Source of the DNA: Promethearchaeota archaeon
GTDB lineage: Archaea; Asgardarchaeota; Lokiarchaeia; Sigyniarchaeales; SOKP01
DNA length: 64,000 bases
Reading direction: 5' to 3'
Assembly (NCBI GenBank): GCA_016839705.1
Contig: JAEOTR010000032.1
Span: 22,464-86,463 of the forward strand
Shown: piece by piece, positions 19,395-28,681 of the stretch
How the letters are laid out: the number at the start of each line of letters is the position of its first letter
Numbering within the stretch: the stretch's first letter is position 1
Translations under genes and position numbers: made by a program
The notes under the pieces: model-generated
Databases searched by the model: none
What the model saw: only the letters and a program-made list of their open reading frames with translations
What the model was told of the DNA's origin: nothing

Positions 19395-20447
19395 TCAAGT
19401 TTTTTTAAGAACCTTTATATATTTTTCAAATGATGAAGAAGTAACTAAAGCCCATTCTACCTCTTTTTCGAATCCTCCTTGCTTGTATAATTTAGCCATT
19501 TTATTAAACATTTCTTTAATTTTTAAGGTATTATCTGTATTAATGCTCGTTTTATCCGATTTTTCGATTTCCATTACTAAGTTTAGAACTTTACAAAACT
19601 CTGAATTTCCTAATGTTAATAACTTTAATTTATTATCAGGAATAATTTCACTAGCTTGAATAAAGTGATTTGAGGCTTCTAAGAACTTTTTTGGCTCCAT
19701 TTTTTCTTGAGCGTATGACATAAACTCCCATGCTTTACTTAAATGATATAATCCTTCAACTTCTTCTCTATCATGTGTGAGAGCTATCTTTGAGGAAAGT
19801 CTTTTGAACTGAGATGCTGCATTTGAAAAACATTCTATTGCTTTAATCCTATCTCCCTGTGTTTCAAAAATTTTTGCGTTCTCAATTTTTGACCAGATAT
19901 CACTATATATAGAGATTAATTGCCTTTTTTCTTTTTTTTCTTGAATTGATCTTACTATGATTTCTTCAATGATTGAATATATCCTTTCTTTGGAATCTTT
20001 CTGGACTGCAGAATACTCAAATGTTTTTACCCCTATTAGTTCTTCAATTTTATCCACTTTTAGAGTATCTTTTTTTCTATCTTGAAAATTAGCAATAACA
20101 TAGAAATCAACATCAAGAACTTTTTTCTTTAGAAATAATAATAAATTTTGATTATATTTTAAATTCTCCATGCTTGAATTTGACACTACACATATAATGT
20201 CGATAGATTCTAATAAATCTTTAAATAAATTAAAATTTCTAACCAATTCTTTTGACTCAATAACTCGTAATACACAATGTTCAATCTTTTCTAATGTGGG
20301 TATTTCAATAGATTTTTTAAAAATCTCATTTAAATTTATATCAATTTCTAGAATAGTCTCGCTTGGAAATAATTTTAAAATTGTAGATTTTCCGACCCCT
20401 TCTTCTCCGATTAAAAGAATTTGAATAGAAATTGACTTAGCACCAAT
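19395..20447 (-). CDS. Degenerate small-GTPase domain fused to a TPR/SNAP-like helical domain
   Basis: Frame stays open upstream of the ORF-track start 20246 and encodes IQILLIGEEGVGKST; G4-like ANFQD, G5-like YSAV; no DxxG; start uncertain (ATT 20447 proposed). Confidence 0.7.
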   Translation of the reverse strand: MGAKSISIQILLIGEEGVGKSTILKLFPSETILEIDINLNEIFKKSIEIPTLEKIEHCVLRVIESKELVRNFNLFKDLLESIDIICVVSNSSMENLKYNQNLLLFLKKKVLDVDFYVIANFQDRKKDTLKVDKIEELIGVKTFEYSAVQKDSKERIYSIIEEIIVRSIQEKKEKRQLISIYSDIWSKIENAKIFETQGDRIKAIECFSNAASQFKRLSSKIALTHDREEVEGLYHLSKAWEFMSYAQEKMEPKKFLEASNHFIQASEIIPDNKLKLLTLGNSEFCKVLNLVMEIEKSDKTSINTDNTLKIKEMFNKMAKLYKQGGFEKEVEWALVTSSSFEKYIKVLKKT

Positions 20448-20568
20448 AAAGCTTTGTTTTATATTAATAATTAATTTATTTATGGATTTTAATGTTAATT
20501 AAGATCTTAGAATTATAATTTAAATCTAAATATTTTTTCGTTAAGAACTTAAAGAAAGACATTTTCAG

Positions 20569-20766
20569 TTATTCTCGATATTTAATGTATAATATAAATC
20601 CCAATATAAAAGGGATTAGCCATATAATTAAAATCCATAAGAAAATATTTGATTCCCTTTTTTTAGCGTCTGTGTATACCCATATAGATAAAGCGATTGA
20701 AACCAGAAATGTTATTACTAAAAAGATTATTAATATTAAAAAAATAAATTCAATCATTACCCTCAA
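20569..20766 (-). CDS. Small two-TM protein (PLDc_N-like)
   Basis: WVYTDAKKR..LWILIIWLIPFILGFILY pattern; ATG at 20757 is the likelier start. Confidence 0.7.
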   Translation of the reverse strand: MRVMIEFIFLILIIFLVITFLVSIALSIWVYTDAKKRESNIFLWILIIWLIPFILGFILYIKYRE

Positions 20767-20812
20767 TTTTTTAGATTTTGATACCTATTTATCTATTTTA
20801 TTAATTATTTTA

Positions 20813-21793
20813 TTAAAGATTTTTTATTGGTTTAAACTTCGTGAAAGCTGTTTCACACCCCCAACAAGCATTTTCTATCTCAGATAAAGCTTTATAACAA
20901 TTCAGACAATACCAAGCTTGACATTTCGGACAAACGTATGTAAAACCAGAAATTTTATTTTTACACACTAAACAATATCCTTTTTCTTTACTATATTTAA
21001 CATCTTCTACACTAAATTTTAGAGGTTTAGTAAAGGTTTTTAAAGTATCTTGGAGTTCTTCTTCTTTAATAACACGTTCTCCACTTTTAACATAAAAATA
21101 AATTATATAACTAATAATTAAAATCAGCATAGAAAGTGCTATCCCGATTATAATTAAAAAAATACTTGCTAATTGAAGATTTAAGAGCAGTATTGTGGTT
21201 ATAAATATTACAAGTAAACATATTACTATTACAATAAACAGTTTAACAATTTTTTTAGAAAATAATTCAAAATGACCTATTAATGGAGATGTTACGATTG
21301 AAATACCCATTATCATAAATACTGGACTTAAGGCAGGGGTAAATAATTTTGAATTTTTTACTATTATTGAATCAAAGCCCCAACCAATTAAAAATGTAGC
21401 AAATCCAACGGTTATGGCTGAGGAAATAGCTTGAAACTCACGTGTTGATTTGAAAGAAGACCAAGTGAACAGGATTATTACAATTGTGGCAATAACAAAA
21501 ATATAGTTATATAGATATAAGTAGAAGTATAAAAAAAGATAATTTATAACGTCATAAGTTAGAATAATAACATATAAATCTCCTATATAAGTTCCTTCTA
21601 AAATATAATCACTAATAAAAAAGAATAATCGTGTTAAAGCAATAAAAAACCAAAAAGCTCCAAACCCAACCATAAGGATTTTTTCATTCTTATCATGTTT
21701 TTTAAATCCTTTAGAGAAGTAAAAAAGCCCACAGAAAAATATTATAAAAATTGCCATACTTGACAAAAAGCGCTCTAAAGGATCGAAAATCAT
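20813..21793 (-). CDS. Polytopic membrane protein with C-terminal C4C4 RING-like zinc finger
   Basis: About 7 TM segments, then CLVC-x10-CPKC-x4-CLNC-x10-CWGC. Confidence 0.7.
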   Translation of the reverse strand: MIFDPLERFLSSMAIFIIFFCGLFYFSKGFKKHDKNEKILMVGFGAFWFFIALTRLFFFISDYILEGTYIGDLYVIILTYDVINYLFLYFYLYLYNYIFVIATIVIILFTWSSFKSTREFQAISSAITVGFATFLIGWGFDSIIVKNSKLFTPALSPVFMIMGISIVTSPLIGHFELFSKKIVKLFIVIVICLLVIFITTILLLNLQLASIFLIIIGIALSMLILIISYIIYFYVKSGERVIKEEELQDTLKTFTKPLKFSVEDVKYSKEKGYCLVCKNKISGFTYVCPKCQAWYCLNCYKALSEIENACWGCETAFTKFKPIKNL

Positions 21794-21973
21794 AACTTAT
21801 ACTAAATGGAATTAATCAATACATATCTAATAAGAAATTTCAGTATTAATAAATTTTGATGTTCTCGAACATTAGAATTAGAGTTTTTATCGCACCTTAG
21901 TTAGTATATAATTTAAATATTAAACTTTCTGTTTAAATACTTAAAGTAGCTATTATTACTTCAAATCTTTTAA

Positions 21974-22957
21974 ATGGAGAAAAAATTCAAAACTTTATTT
22001 TTTATATATCTAATCTTTGTATTTTCAATAGTAACTATTCCGAGTATCATCATTTTTGCGGAATTTGCAAGTTTTAATAGGATTGATGAATCTCTTACAT
22101 ATAAATATTCATCTAACACCCCACCACTTGAAAAAGAACTGAATATAATTACTGATATCGGTATAATCGATATAAAATATGTTTCTCCCTCAGTAGATTA
22201 TCTTGTTAAAATAGATGTAGATATTGAAATGGCAGGTCCTAACTTAGGAAGTAAATCATACTTGGATTTTTATAGAATAGGGTGGGAAAACTTAACATCT
22301 CCATTAAATTTTACATTTGCATTAATTCCTGAGATGTTCGAAGATTTTTCAAGCTTACACATTACAAATACTCATATTAATATTCAGCTACGAGCAGATA
22401 TTGTTTTTAGCATAAATGCTTCTGTAAGTGAAGGGACTGTAAAACTTTCTGCTCTAGGAATTACTGTTAATGATTTATTCTTAAATGTGATTAATGGTGA
22501 TATAATTTATGATTTAACTAATTGTAAAGTTGAAGGTAATATATCTGGAACTGTTACTAATGGGAATATTACATTAAAAACTCATAATAATCAATATAAT
22601 CATAATAGTCTTTTGACTATTAAAAATGACGTTGGATATATTCTTTTTGATATTACCCAATTTGAAGAAATGGGAGCCAATGTTACAGGAACGGGAATAA
22701 CAAAAACGGGAAATATCTCAATAATCTATAAAGATTTTTCATCTAATATTGGAGCTCGATTTGTATTATATAATAAAACCACTCACGGTCTTGAAGGACA
22801 AAATTCATGGATAGGATTCGAAAGGGATCTTTTACCATTAAGTGCAGGACAATATTATAATTCCACAGATTTTCCTTCTCAAAATAATTATATTTTCTCT
22901 CTATTTAAATGGGATAGCGGTGATTATCTGTGGAATCTTTATAGCATCCCAACTTAA
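21974..22957 (+). CDS. Membrane-anchored beta-solenoid (DUF4097/adhesin-like) protein
   Basis: N-terminal TM; repeated xxG.I.L strands (TDIGII, SEGTVKL, INGDII, TNGNITL, KTGNISI); distant paralog of 33947-35038. Confidence 0.6.
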   Translation: MEKKFKTLFFIYLIFVFSIVTIPSIIIFAEFASFNRIDESLTYKYSSNTPPLEKELNIITDIGIIDIKYVSPSVDYLVKIDVDIEMAGPNLGSKSYLDFYRIGWENLTSPLNFTFALIPEMFEDFSSLHITNTHINIQLRADIVFSINASVSEGTVKLSALGITVNDLFLNVINGDIIYDLTNCKVEGNISGTVTNGNITLKTHNNQYNHNSLLTIKNDVGYILFDITQFEEMGANVTGTGITKTGNISIIYKDFSSNIGARFVLYNKTTHGLEGQNSWIGFERDLLPLSAGQYYNSTDFPSQNNYIFSLFKWDSGDYLWNLYSIPT

Positions 22958-22959
22958 CA

Positions 22960-24708
22960 TTACTTGGCTAGATAAGCAAATTTTAAAATTACTTTTAAAG
23001 GAGCACCATCAATTGGAATCCCTTTTACATCTGAATCCCAAATTTCATAGTTTATAGGAAAAGTCAGCCAAACAACTGGATTAAGCTGCATAAGATGCTG
23101 CTGAATATCAAAGTATAATTGTTCTCTAGCAAATTCATCAAATTCTTGAAGAGCATCTTCCATCCATAGTTGTACTTGTGTATCATTGAAATTTATATAG
23201 TTACCTACTCCATCAAAGTTACTTGAATATAATGGGTTAATAATATCGACAGGATCTATATAACTAACTCCCCAACTCAGAGTAACAATATCGAAGTCAC
23301 CTGTATTTAATTTATACTCTAATTCTAATGATCCTATTGAATCAAGATTTATTTTTAATCCAATTTGTTTAAGATTTTCGATTGTGAGATTGGCTGCTAA
23401 TTCAAAAAATGGGTTACTACTTGAAAAATTATAAACTTCAAGAGGTGAGGGGCTATTTGCCAATGTCTCCCATTCATTTCCAGCTGATATATTATCGTTT
23501 GCTGTTAAACCACTTGTACCAGGCCAACTTACATTTATTAAGATTTGTCTTGCTCTCGTAATATTATAATATGGTACATCAAAATCTTCCCAATTAGAAT
23601 ATCGAACCTTTTTTGAAAGAGGAGATTTTGCTCTCTCAGCATGCCCGTTCCATACTTCATTAAGATAACGATTATAATCAAAAGCATATGAGATTGCCTT
23701 TCTCATTGTTACATTTATAATATTGTTATTCATTCCAAGATACCAGAAACCAAGGACTTTTTTTGGTACTACTGTAGTTCCGCGATTTGTTTTGAAAATA
23801 TCGAGTGTTTCATTATCACGATACCACATGATATATGAAAGCTCTCCGGAGAGTATTCTTTCCTTTCTTTCTGTAGAACTTAAATATAGGAAAACTAGTT
23901 TGTTAATTGATGGTATTCCACCCCAATAATCTGGATTAGCATGCATATATGTTTCCAAACTATAACCCCTATAATCTACCTGACATGAATCGAAAATGTA
24001 AGGACCTGTTCCAACTAATCTTCCAGTTCTAATATCAATGAATTCATCTTCTGGAGTTAAAGTTGGCGAAAGTATATAAGAGTTCCAAAGAGATAATAGA
24101 TCCCTTATAGGAACATAAGGTTGATTTAACACAAACCTTACAGTATATTCGTTTAATACTTCTGTATGGTTTATAATTGGCTTACCTTCTGAATTTAGAT
24201 AAGTATAATCCCAAGCCCATATATCAGATTCAGGCATTATGCAAATAAATCTATATATTCGATCAAAATTCCATTTAACAGCTGCAGCGTTAAATGGTGT
24301 TCCATCATGAAAACTTATATTTGTTCTGAGTGAACAAGTAAAATTTAGGTGGTCAGGGCTCCAAGTTCCATTTAACGCAAGATTAGGAACAATGGGTGTA
24401 TTGGTTTGGTTTTGGTCATAAGCAAATAAACCTTCGGCAATTTGATCAATTATTATTAGATTTACATATTTTGGAACTGGATTTTTAAGTGGATCGATTG
24501 AATCGGGAGCATCATTCAAACCACACTTGAATATAGGCTCTGATATTTCTTGTAATTCAAAAAAAAAGTAAAATCCACTAAAAACTGCAGCAACTGTTAT
24601 AATACTCGTAGTTCCTAAGCCAATTTTTTGTCTTTTATTTAGAGTTTTAAATTTTTTTTTTTTCCTTTTTGTGATTAATTTCCTTTTCTGCCATAAGGGA
24701 ATCCACAA
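22960..24708 (-). CDS. ABC transporter substrate-binding protein, family 5 (DppA/OppA-like)
   Basis: LRTNISFHDGTPFNAAAVKWNFDR, VGTGPY, NPDYWG, RKAISYAFD; N-terminal TM. Confidence 0.9.
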   Translation of the reverse strand: MWIPLWQKRKLITKRKKKKFKTLNKRQKIGLGTTSIITVAAVFSGFYFFFELQEISEPIFKCGLNDAPDSIDPLKNPVPKYVNLIIIDQIAEGLFAYDQNQTNTPIVPNLALNGTWSPDHLNFTCSLRTNISFHDGTPFNAAAVKWNFDRIYRFICIMPESDIWAWDYTYLNSEGKPIINHTEVLNEYTVRFVLNQPYVPIRDLLSLWNSYILSPTLTPEDEFIDIRTGRLVGTGPYIFDSCQVDYRGYSLETYMHANPDYWGGIPSINKLVFLYLSSTERKERILSGELSYIMWYRDNETLDIFKTNRGTTVVPKKVLGFWYLGMNNNIINVTMRKAISYAFDYNRYLNEVWNGHAERAKSPLSKKVRYSNWEDFDVPYYNITRARQILINVSWPGTSGLTANDNISAGNEWETLANSPSPLEVYNFSSSNPFFELAANLTIENLKQIGLKINLDSIGSLELEYKLNTGDFDIVTLSWGVSYIDPVDIINPLYSSNFDGVGNYINFNDTQVQLWMEDALQEFDEFAREQLYFDIQQHLMQLNPVVWLTFPINYEIWDSDVKGIPIDGAPLKVILKFAYLAK

Positions 24709-24943
24709 TATTATTTTTACTTTTTTTGGTTTTTACCCTAAATTTAGGATTTTTAAATTAATATTTACCTATTATGTAAAATAAAATTAGATTGACATAT
24801 TTATAATAATTACTACTTTTTTGTATATTTCCTTATCTTAAGGTTTTTCTGAGTGGTAAAGCTTTTAAGGTTCAAAGCTTTATGTCAATTTCATTATTAA
24901 GGCTTTCCTACAATATGATAAGATAATGGGTGAAGTTTCTATT

Positions 24944-25651
24944 TTATTTCAGCACAAAATACATTCTTCTGTTATTCTTACCTTTATTTACGGTTTTAGT
25001 CAACTCAATTGTACCGATTTCCTTTAGATTGTTGACATGAGTTCCCCCATCTACTTGAATATCGACATCCCCTATTTTTACAATGCGAAATTCTTTAATA
25101 TTCTCTGGTAAACCTACAGCTAAACGGGCTAATTCTGGTTTTCCTAAAACATCTTGTCGGGACATATATTCTATAGTAATAAGTAAATCTTGTTGGATAA
25201 TCGAATTTGCTTCATCAACATAAGCTTGTAATTTTTCAGGGGAGTAATCTATCATTGAAAAATCCATTCGGGTTTTATCCATTTCTATTTGGTTTCCAGT
25301 AATTTTCGCATTAGCTCTATTGTACAGAATGTTAGAAATTAGATGGGAAGCAGTGTGATATCGCATAAAGGTATATCTTCGTTCCCAGTCTAGTTCACAT
25401 GAAACAATATCTCCAACTTTTAGCCCTGATATTTCTACCTCATGACTGATTTCCCCTGAGAATTTACCGACATAAACAACTCTAAATTTCTCATTATTCT
25501 TAATTATATACCCCTCATCCCAGGGTTGGCCACCACCTTTAGGATAGAATGCAGTGTTATCAAGAGTAATATACTTTTCATCTTTGACGCTTGAAACTTT
25601 AGCATTCCACCTCTTAAGATAGGAGTCATCCATATATAATGCTCTTGCCAT
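24944..25651 (-). CDS. alaXM: Alanyl-tRNA editing protein AlaX-M
   Basis: TAFYPKGGGQPWD, RYHTASHL, DGGTHV, KGKNNRR. Confidence 0.9.
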   Translation of the reverse strand: MARALYMDDSYLKRWNAKVSSVKDEKYITLDNTAFYPKGGGQPWDEGYIIKNNEKFRVVYVGKFSGEISHEVEISGLKVGDIVSCELDWERRYTFMRYHTASHLISNILYNRANAKITGNQIEMDKTRMDFSMIDYSPEKLQAYVDEANSIIQQDLLITIEYMSRQDVLGKPELARLAVGLPENIKEFRIVKIGDVDIQVDGGTHVNNLKEIGTIELTKTVNKGKNNRRMYFVLK

Positions 25652-25689
25652 AAAAAGAAGAAAAGTAAGTAAACTTAAATTTTTAACTT

Positions 25690-25848
25690 TTAGTCATTCT
25701 CATGAATTTCTGACGGCTTCACTCCATCAAACAATTCTAGTTTTAAGAATCTCTTTTCTTTATTACAATTGGGGCAGAAGTAAATACCTGGTTCTCTATT
25801 CCTAAAACTATAACCACAGTCCTTACAAACAGCGTAAAACAAAGACAT
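25690..25848 (-). CDS. 52-aa C4 zinc-ribbon microprotein
   Basis: MSLFYAVCKDCGYSFRNREPGIYFCPNCNKEKRFLKLELFDGVKPSEIHEND*; paralog of 25876-26028. Confidence 0.8.
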   Translation of the reverse strand: MSLFYAVCKDCGYSFRNREPGIYFCPNCNKEKRFLKLELFDGVKPSEIHEND

Positions 25849-25875
25849 ATAGTAAAAATAAATAAGGGTAACTAT

Positions 25876-26028
25876 TTAATTTACCTCATGAAGCTCATTT
25901 GGTTTTGCACCACAATATGCTTCGAATTTAAAAAATTTCATTTCTTTAGAACAATTGGGGCAGAAATATTTACCGGGGTCCTTATTTTCAAAAGAATATC
26001 CACATTCCTTGCAAACTATTGCTTTCAT
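25876..26028 (-). CDS. 50-aa C4 zinc-ribbon microprotein
   Basis: MKAIVCKECGYSFENKDPGKYFCPNCSKEMKFFKFEAYCGAKPNELHEVN*. Confidence 0.8.
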   Translation of the reverse strand: MKAIVCKECGYSFENKDPGKYFCPNCSKEMKFFKFEAYCGAKPNELHEVN

Positions 26029-26210
26029 AGTTAAATATTCTAAATAGAGTTTTAATAGGTTCTTTTTATGAAATAGAAAGAAATTAGATAGGAATTATAG
26101 ATTCGATAAGTTTTTTGAAATGAAAATGAATAAATTAAAAATATTTTATAATTAATTTATATCTGATTAAAGATATTACTAATAAATACAATCTTAACAC
26201 ATTATACCAA

Positions 26211-27257
26211 GTGATTTTGATGAAAACTGTAGAATTAGCAGGCACCAAATTTGAAGCTAGGAATGGCTTTCTTGATTTGGGTCTTTTAGAAATCAAAGAT
26301 ATCGATGAGATCATAGGTTTAGACAAACTTAAAGATTTAACACATCTTGAACTTAGTTCTAATGAAATCATTGTTATAAAAAGATTAGACAATTTAATTG
26401 ATTTAAAAATTTTAAATTTAGGAAGTAATAAGATAATTGAAATAGAAGGCTTAGAAAATTTACAGAATCTTGAAGTTTTACATTTAATAAGTAACAAAAT
26501 AAGAAAAATAAAAGGGCTTGAGAATTTAACCAATCTGAAAGAGCTTTATCTTCGGGGAAATCAAATTGAAAAATTAGAAGGCTTAGAAAATTTAACATCT
26601 CTTCAAAGATTAGATTTATCATGGAATAATATCTCTAAAGTAGAAGGACTTGATAACTTGAGAAACCTTGAGGTTTTATGGGTTGCTGGAAATCAATTAA
26701 AAAAAATCGAAAATTTGGAAAATCAGACAAATTTAGAGATATTAAACATTGCGGGGAATCAAATATCACATATCCAAGGGTTAAAAAATATAAAGAAATT
26801 AAAAAGTCTTTATCTAAATAATAATTCAATCGAAAAAATAGAAAATCTTGAATCATTAGAACAACTTGAAACTTTATGGTTAAATTCCAATCAGATCTCA
26901 GAAATTAAGGGATTAGATGGGTGTAAGGAATTAAAAATATTGAATTTAAAACAAAATAAGATTAGTCATATTAGAGGTTTATACTCATTAACTCAATTAG
27001 AAAATCTTTTCCTATCAGAAAATAATATTGGTGAAATTAAAGGAATTGAACCTTTAACAAAACTAGAAACGCTTGATTTGGGTCAAAATCGAATAATTCA
27101 AGTTAAAGGTTTAGAGTCTCTAATGAATTTAAAGGATTTATGGTTAGCGGATAATTTAATTCCACAAAAAATAATAGAACAATTGGGTGGTTTAGATTCA
27201 GGTGGTTGCGCAAATGATCCTTTACAATTTGTTCAATACTGTCTTATTAATCTTTAG
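26211..27257 (+). CDS. Leucine-rich repeat protein (Sds22-like)
   Basis: About 12-13 repeats of 22 aa, LxxLxLxxNxIxxIxGLxxL. Confidence 0.92.
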   Translation: MILMKTVELAGTKFEARNGFLDLGLLEIKDIDEIIGLDKLKDLTHLELSSNEIIVIKRLDNLIDLKILNLGSNKIIEIEGLENLQNLEVLHLISNKIRKIKGLENLTNLKELYLRGNQIEKLEGLENLTSLQRLDLSWNNISKVEGLDNLRNLEVLWVAGNQLKKIENLENQTNLEILNIAGNQISHIQGLKNIKKLKSLYLNNNSIEKIENLESLEQLETLWLNSNQISEIKGLDGCKELKILNLKQNKISHIRGLYSLTQLENLFLSENNIGEIKGIEPLTKLETLDLGQNRIIQVKGLESLMNLKDLWLADNLIPQKIIEQLGGLDSGGCANDPLQFVQYCLINL

Positions 27258-27397
27258 AGATTTAAAAAAAATATTATGGTAATATCATTTGAACCTAAGT
27301 CATATTTAAGTATGGTTTGTCTTTACATAGATAAAATATATTTGATAAATTGTATTAATTAGATTATATTGGAATTAACATATTAGAGTTTAAGTAA

Positions 27398-28651
27398 ATG
27401 TTAGATATTAACCCTTTTGAAAGTGCGAAAAAAAAACTCGATATCGCTGCGGAAGTAATTGGTTTAGATGCAAATACTGTGAAATATCTAAAGAAAGTAG
27501 AACGTAGTTTAATAGTTTCTATACCTGTAATTATGGATGATGGTTCTCTCCAAATTTTTGAGGGTTACAGAGTTCACCATTCTACCTTGCGTGGACCAGC
27601 TAAAGGTGGGTTAAGATATTCCCCAGATGTAACTCTTGATGAAATTAAAGCATTAGCTTTTTTGATGACTTTCAAAACGAGTTTACTAGAATTACCTTTA
27701 GGCGGTTCAAAAGGCGGAGTTCGCGTTGAGAAAAAGAATTTATCTATAAATGAATTAAGAAAACTCACAAGAAGATATACTTCAGAAATATTAAACATGA
27801 TTGGCCCTGATATTGATATCCTCGCACCAGATTTGAATACTGGAGAACAGGAAATGGCCTGGATTATGGATACGTATTCCATGAATAAAGGCAGATCTTG
27901 TCCAGGTGTAGTCACAGGAAAACCCATTGACATTGGTGGAACAGTTGGACGCACCGATGCACCTGGAACGGGAATGTTTTATATTCTTGAAGCTTTATGT
28001 GAAATAGAGAATTTCAGCATATCCTCTAGTAAAGTCGCTATTCAAGGTTTCGGAAAAGTCGGGAGTATAGTTGCTCAGATTTTAAGTAGTGTTGGATGTA
28101 AAATAATTGCTGTTACAGATTCTAAAGGTGGAATTTATTCTGATAAAGGTTTAAATATTAATAAGCTAATCAGTTGGAAGCAAAAAGGTAACTTTCTAAG
28201 CGATTATAATGAAAGTGATATAAAAATCATATCTAATGAAGAGTTATTATCTACAGAATGTGATATACTCATTCCCGCAGCTATAGAGAATCAAATTTAT
28301 AGCGGGAATGCAGATAATGTTAACTGTAAAATAATACTGGAGGGAGCAAATAGCCCTACAACTTCTCAAGCGGACGAAATCCTGAATGAAAAAAGAATCA
28401 TTGTGATCCCAGATATTCTTGCTAACGCAGGTGGTTTGTGTGTATCTTATTTTGAATATATTCAAGATATACATTCATACTTTTGGGACCTTGAAAGAGT
28501 GAATAGGGAGATGAAACGAATTTTACTTAGAGCTTTCGAATTTGTTCTAAATTTATCACAAGAGAAAGAAATAACATATAGAACAGCGGCTTATGCTATA
28601 GGGGCAGAAAGATTAGGAAGAGCACATGAGTTAAGAGGGCTATTCCCATGA
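27398..28651 (+). CDS. Glu/Leu/Phe/Val dehydrogenase (glutamate dehydrogenase-like), divergent copy
   Basis: GPAKGG, GGSKGG, APD, IQGFGKVG, EGANSPT, PDILANAGG. Confidence 0.9.
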   Translation: MLDINPFESAKKKLDIAAEVIGLDANTVKYLKKVERSLIVSIPVIMDDGSLQIFEGYRVHHSTLRGPAKGGLRYSPDVTLDEIKALAFLMTFKTSLLELPLGGSKGGVRVEKKNLSINELRKLTRRYTSEILNMIGPDIDILAPDLNTGEQEMAWIMDTYSMNKGRSCPGVVTGKPIDIGGTVGRTDAPGTGMFYILEALCEIENFSISSSKVAIQGFGKVGSIVAQILSSVGCKIIAVTDSKGGIYSDKGLNINKLISWKQKGNFLSDYNESDIKIISNEELLSTECDILIPAAIENQIYSGNADNVNCKIILEGANSPTTSQADEILNEKRIIVIPDILANAGGLCVSYFEYIQDIHSYFWDLERVNREMKRILLRAFEFVLNLSQEKEITYRTAAYAIGAERLGRAHELRGLFP

Positions 28652-28681
28652 TTAAAAAAAATATAAATTAAGTGAAAAAGT

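Noticed and set aside
24944-25651. AlaX DGGTH instead of CGGTH as a novel inactive variant
   Set aside because: To my recollection Asp at this position occurs in other archaeal AlaX-M proteins and can still bind metal
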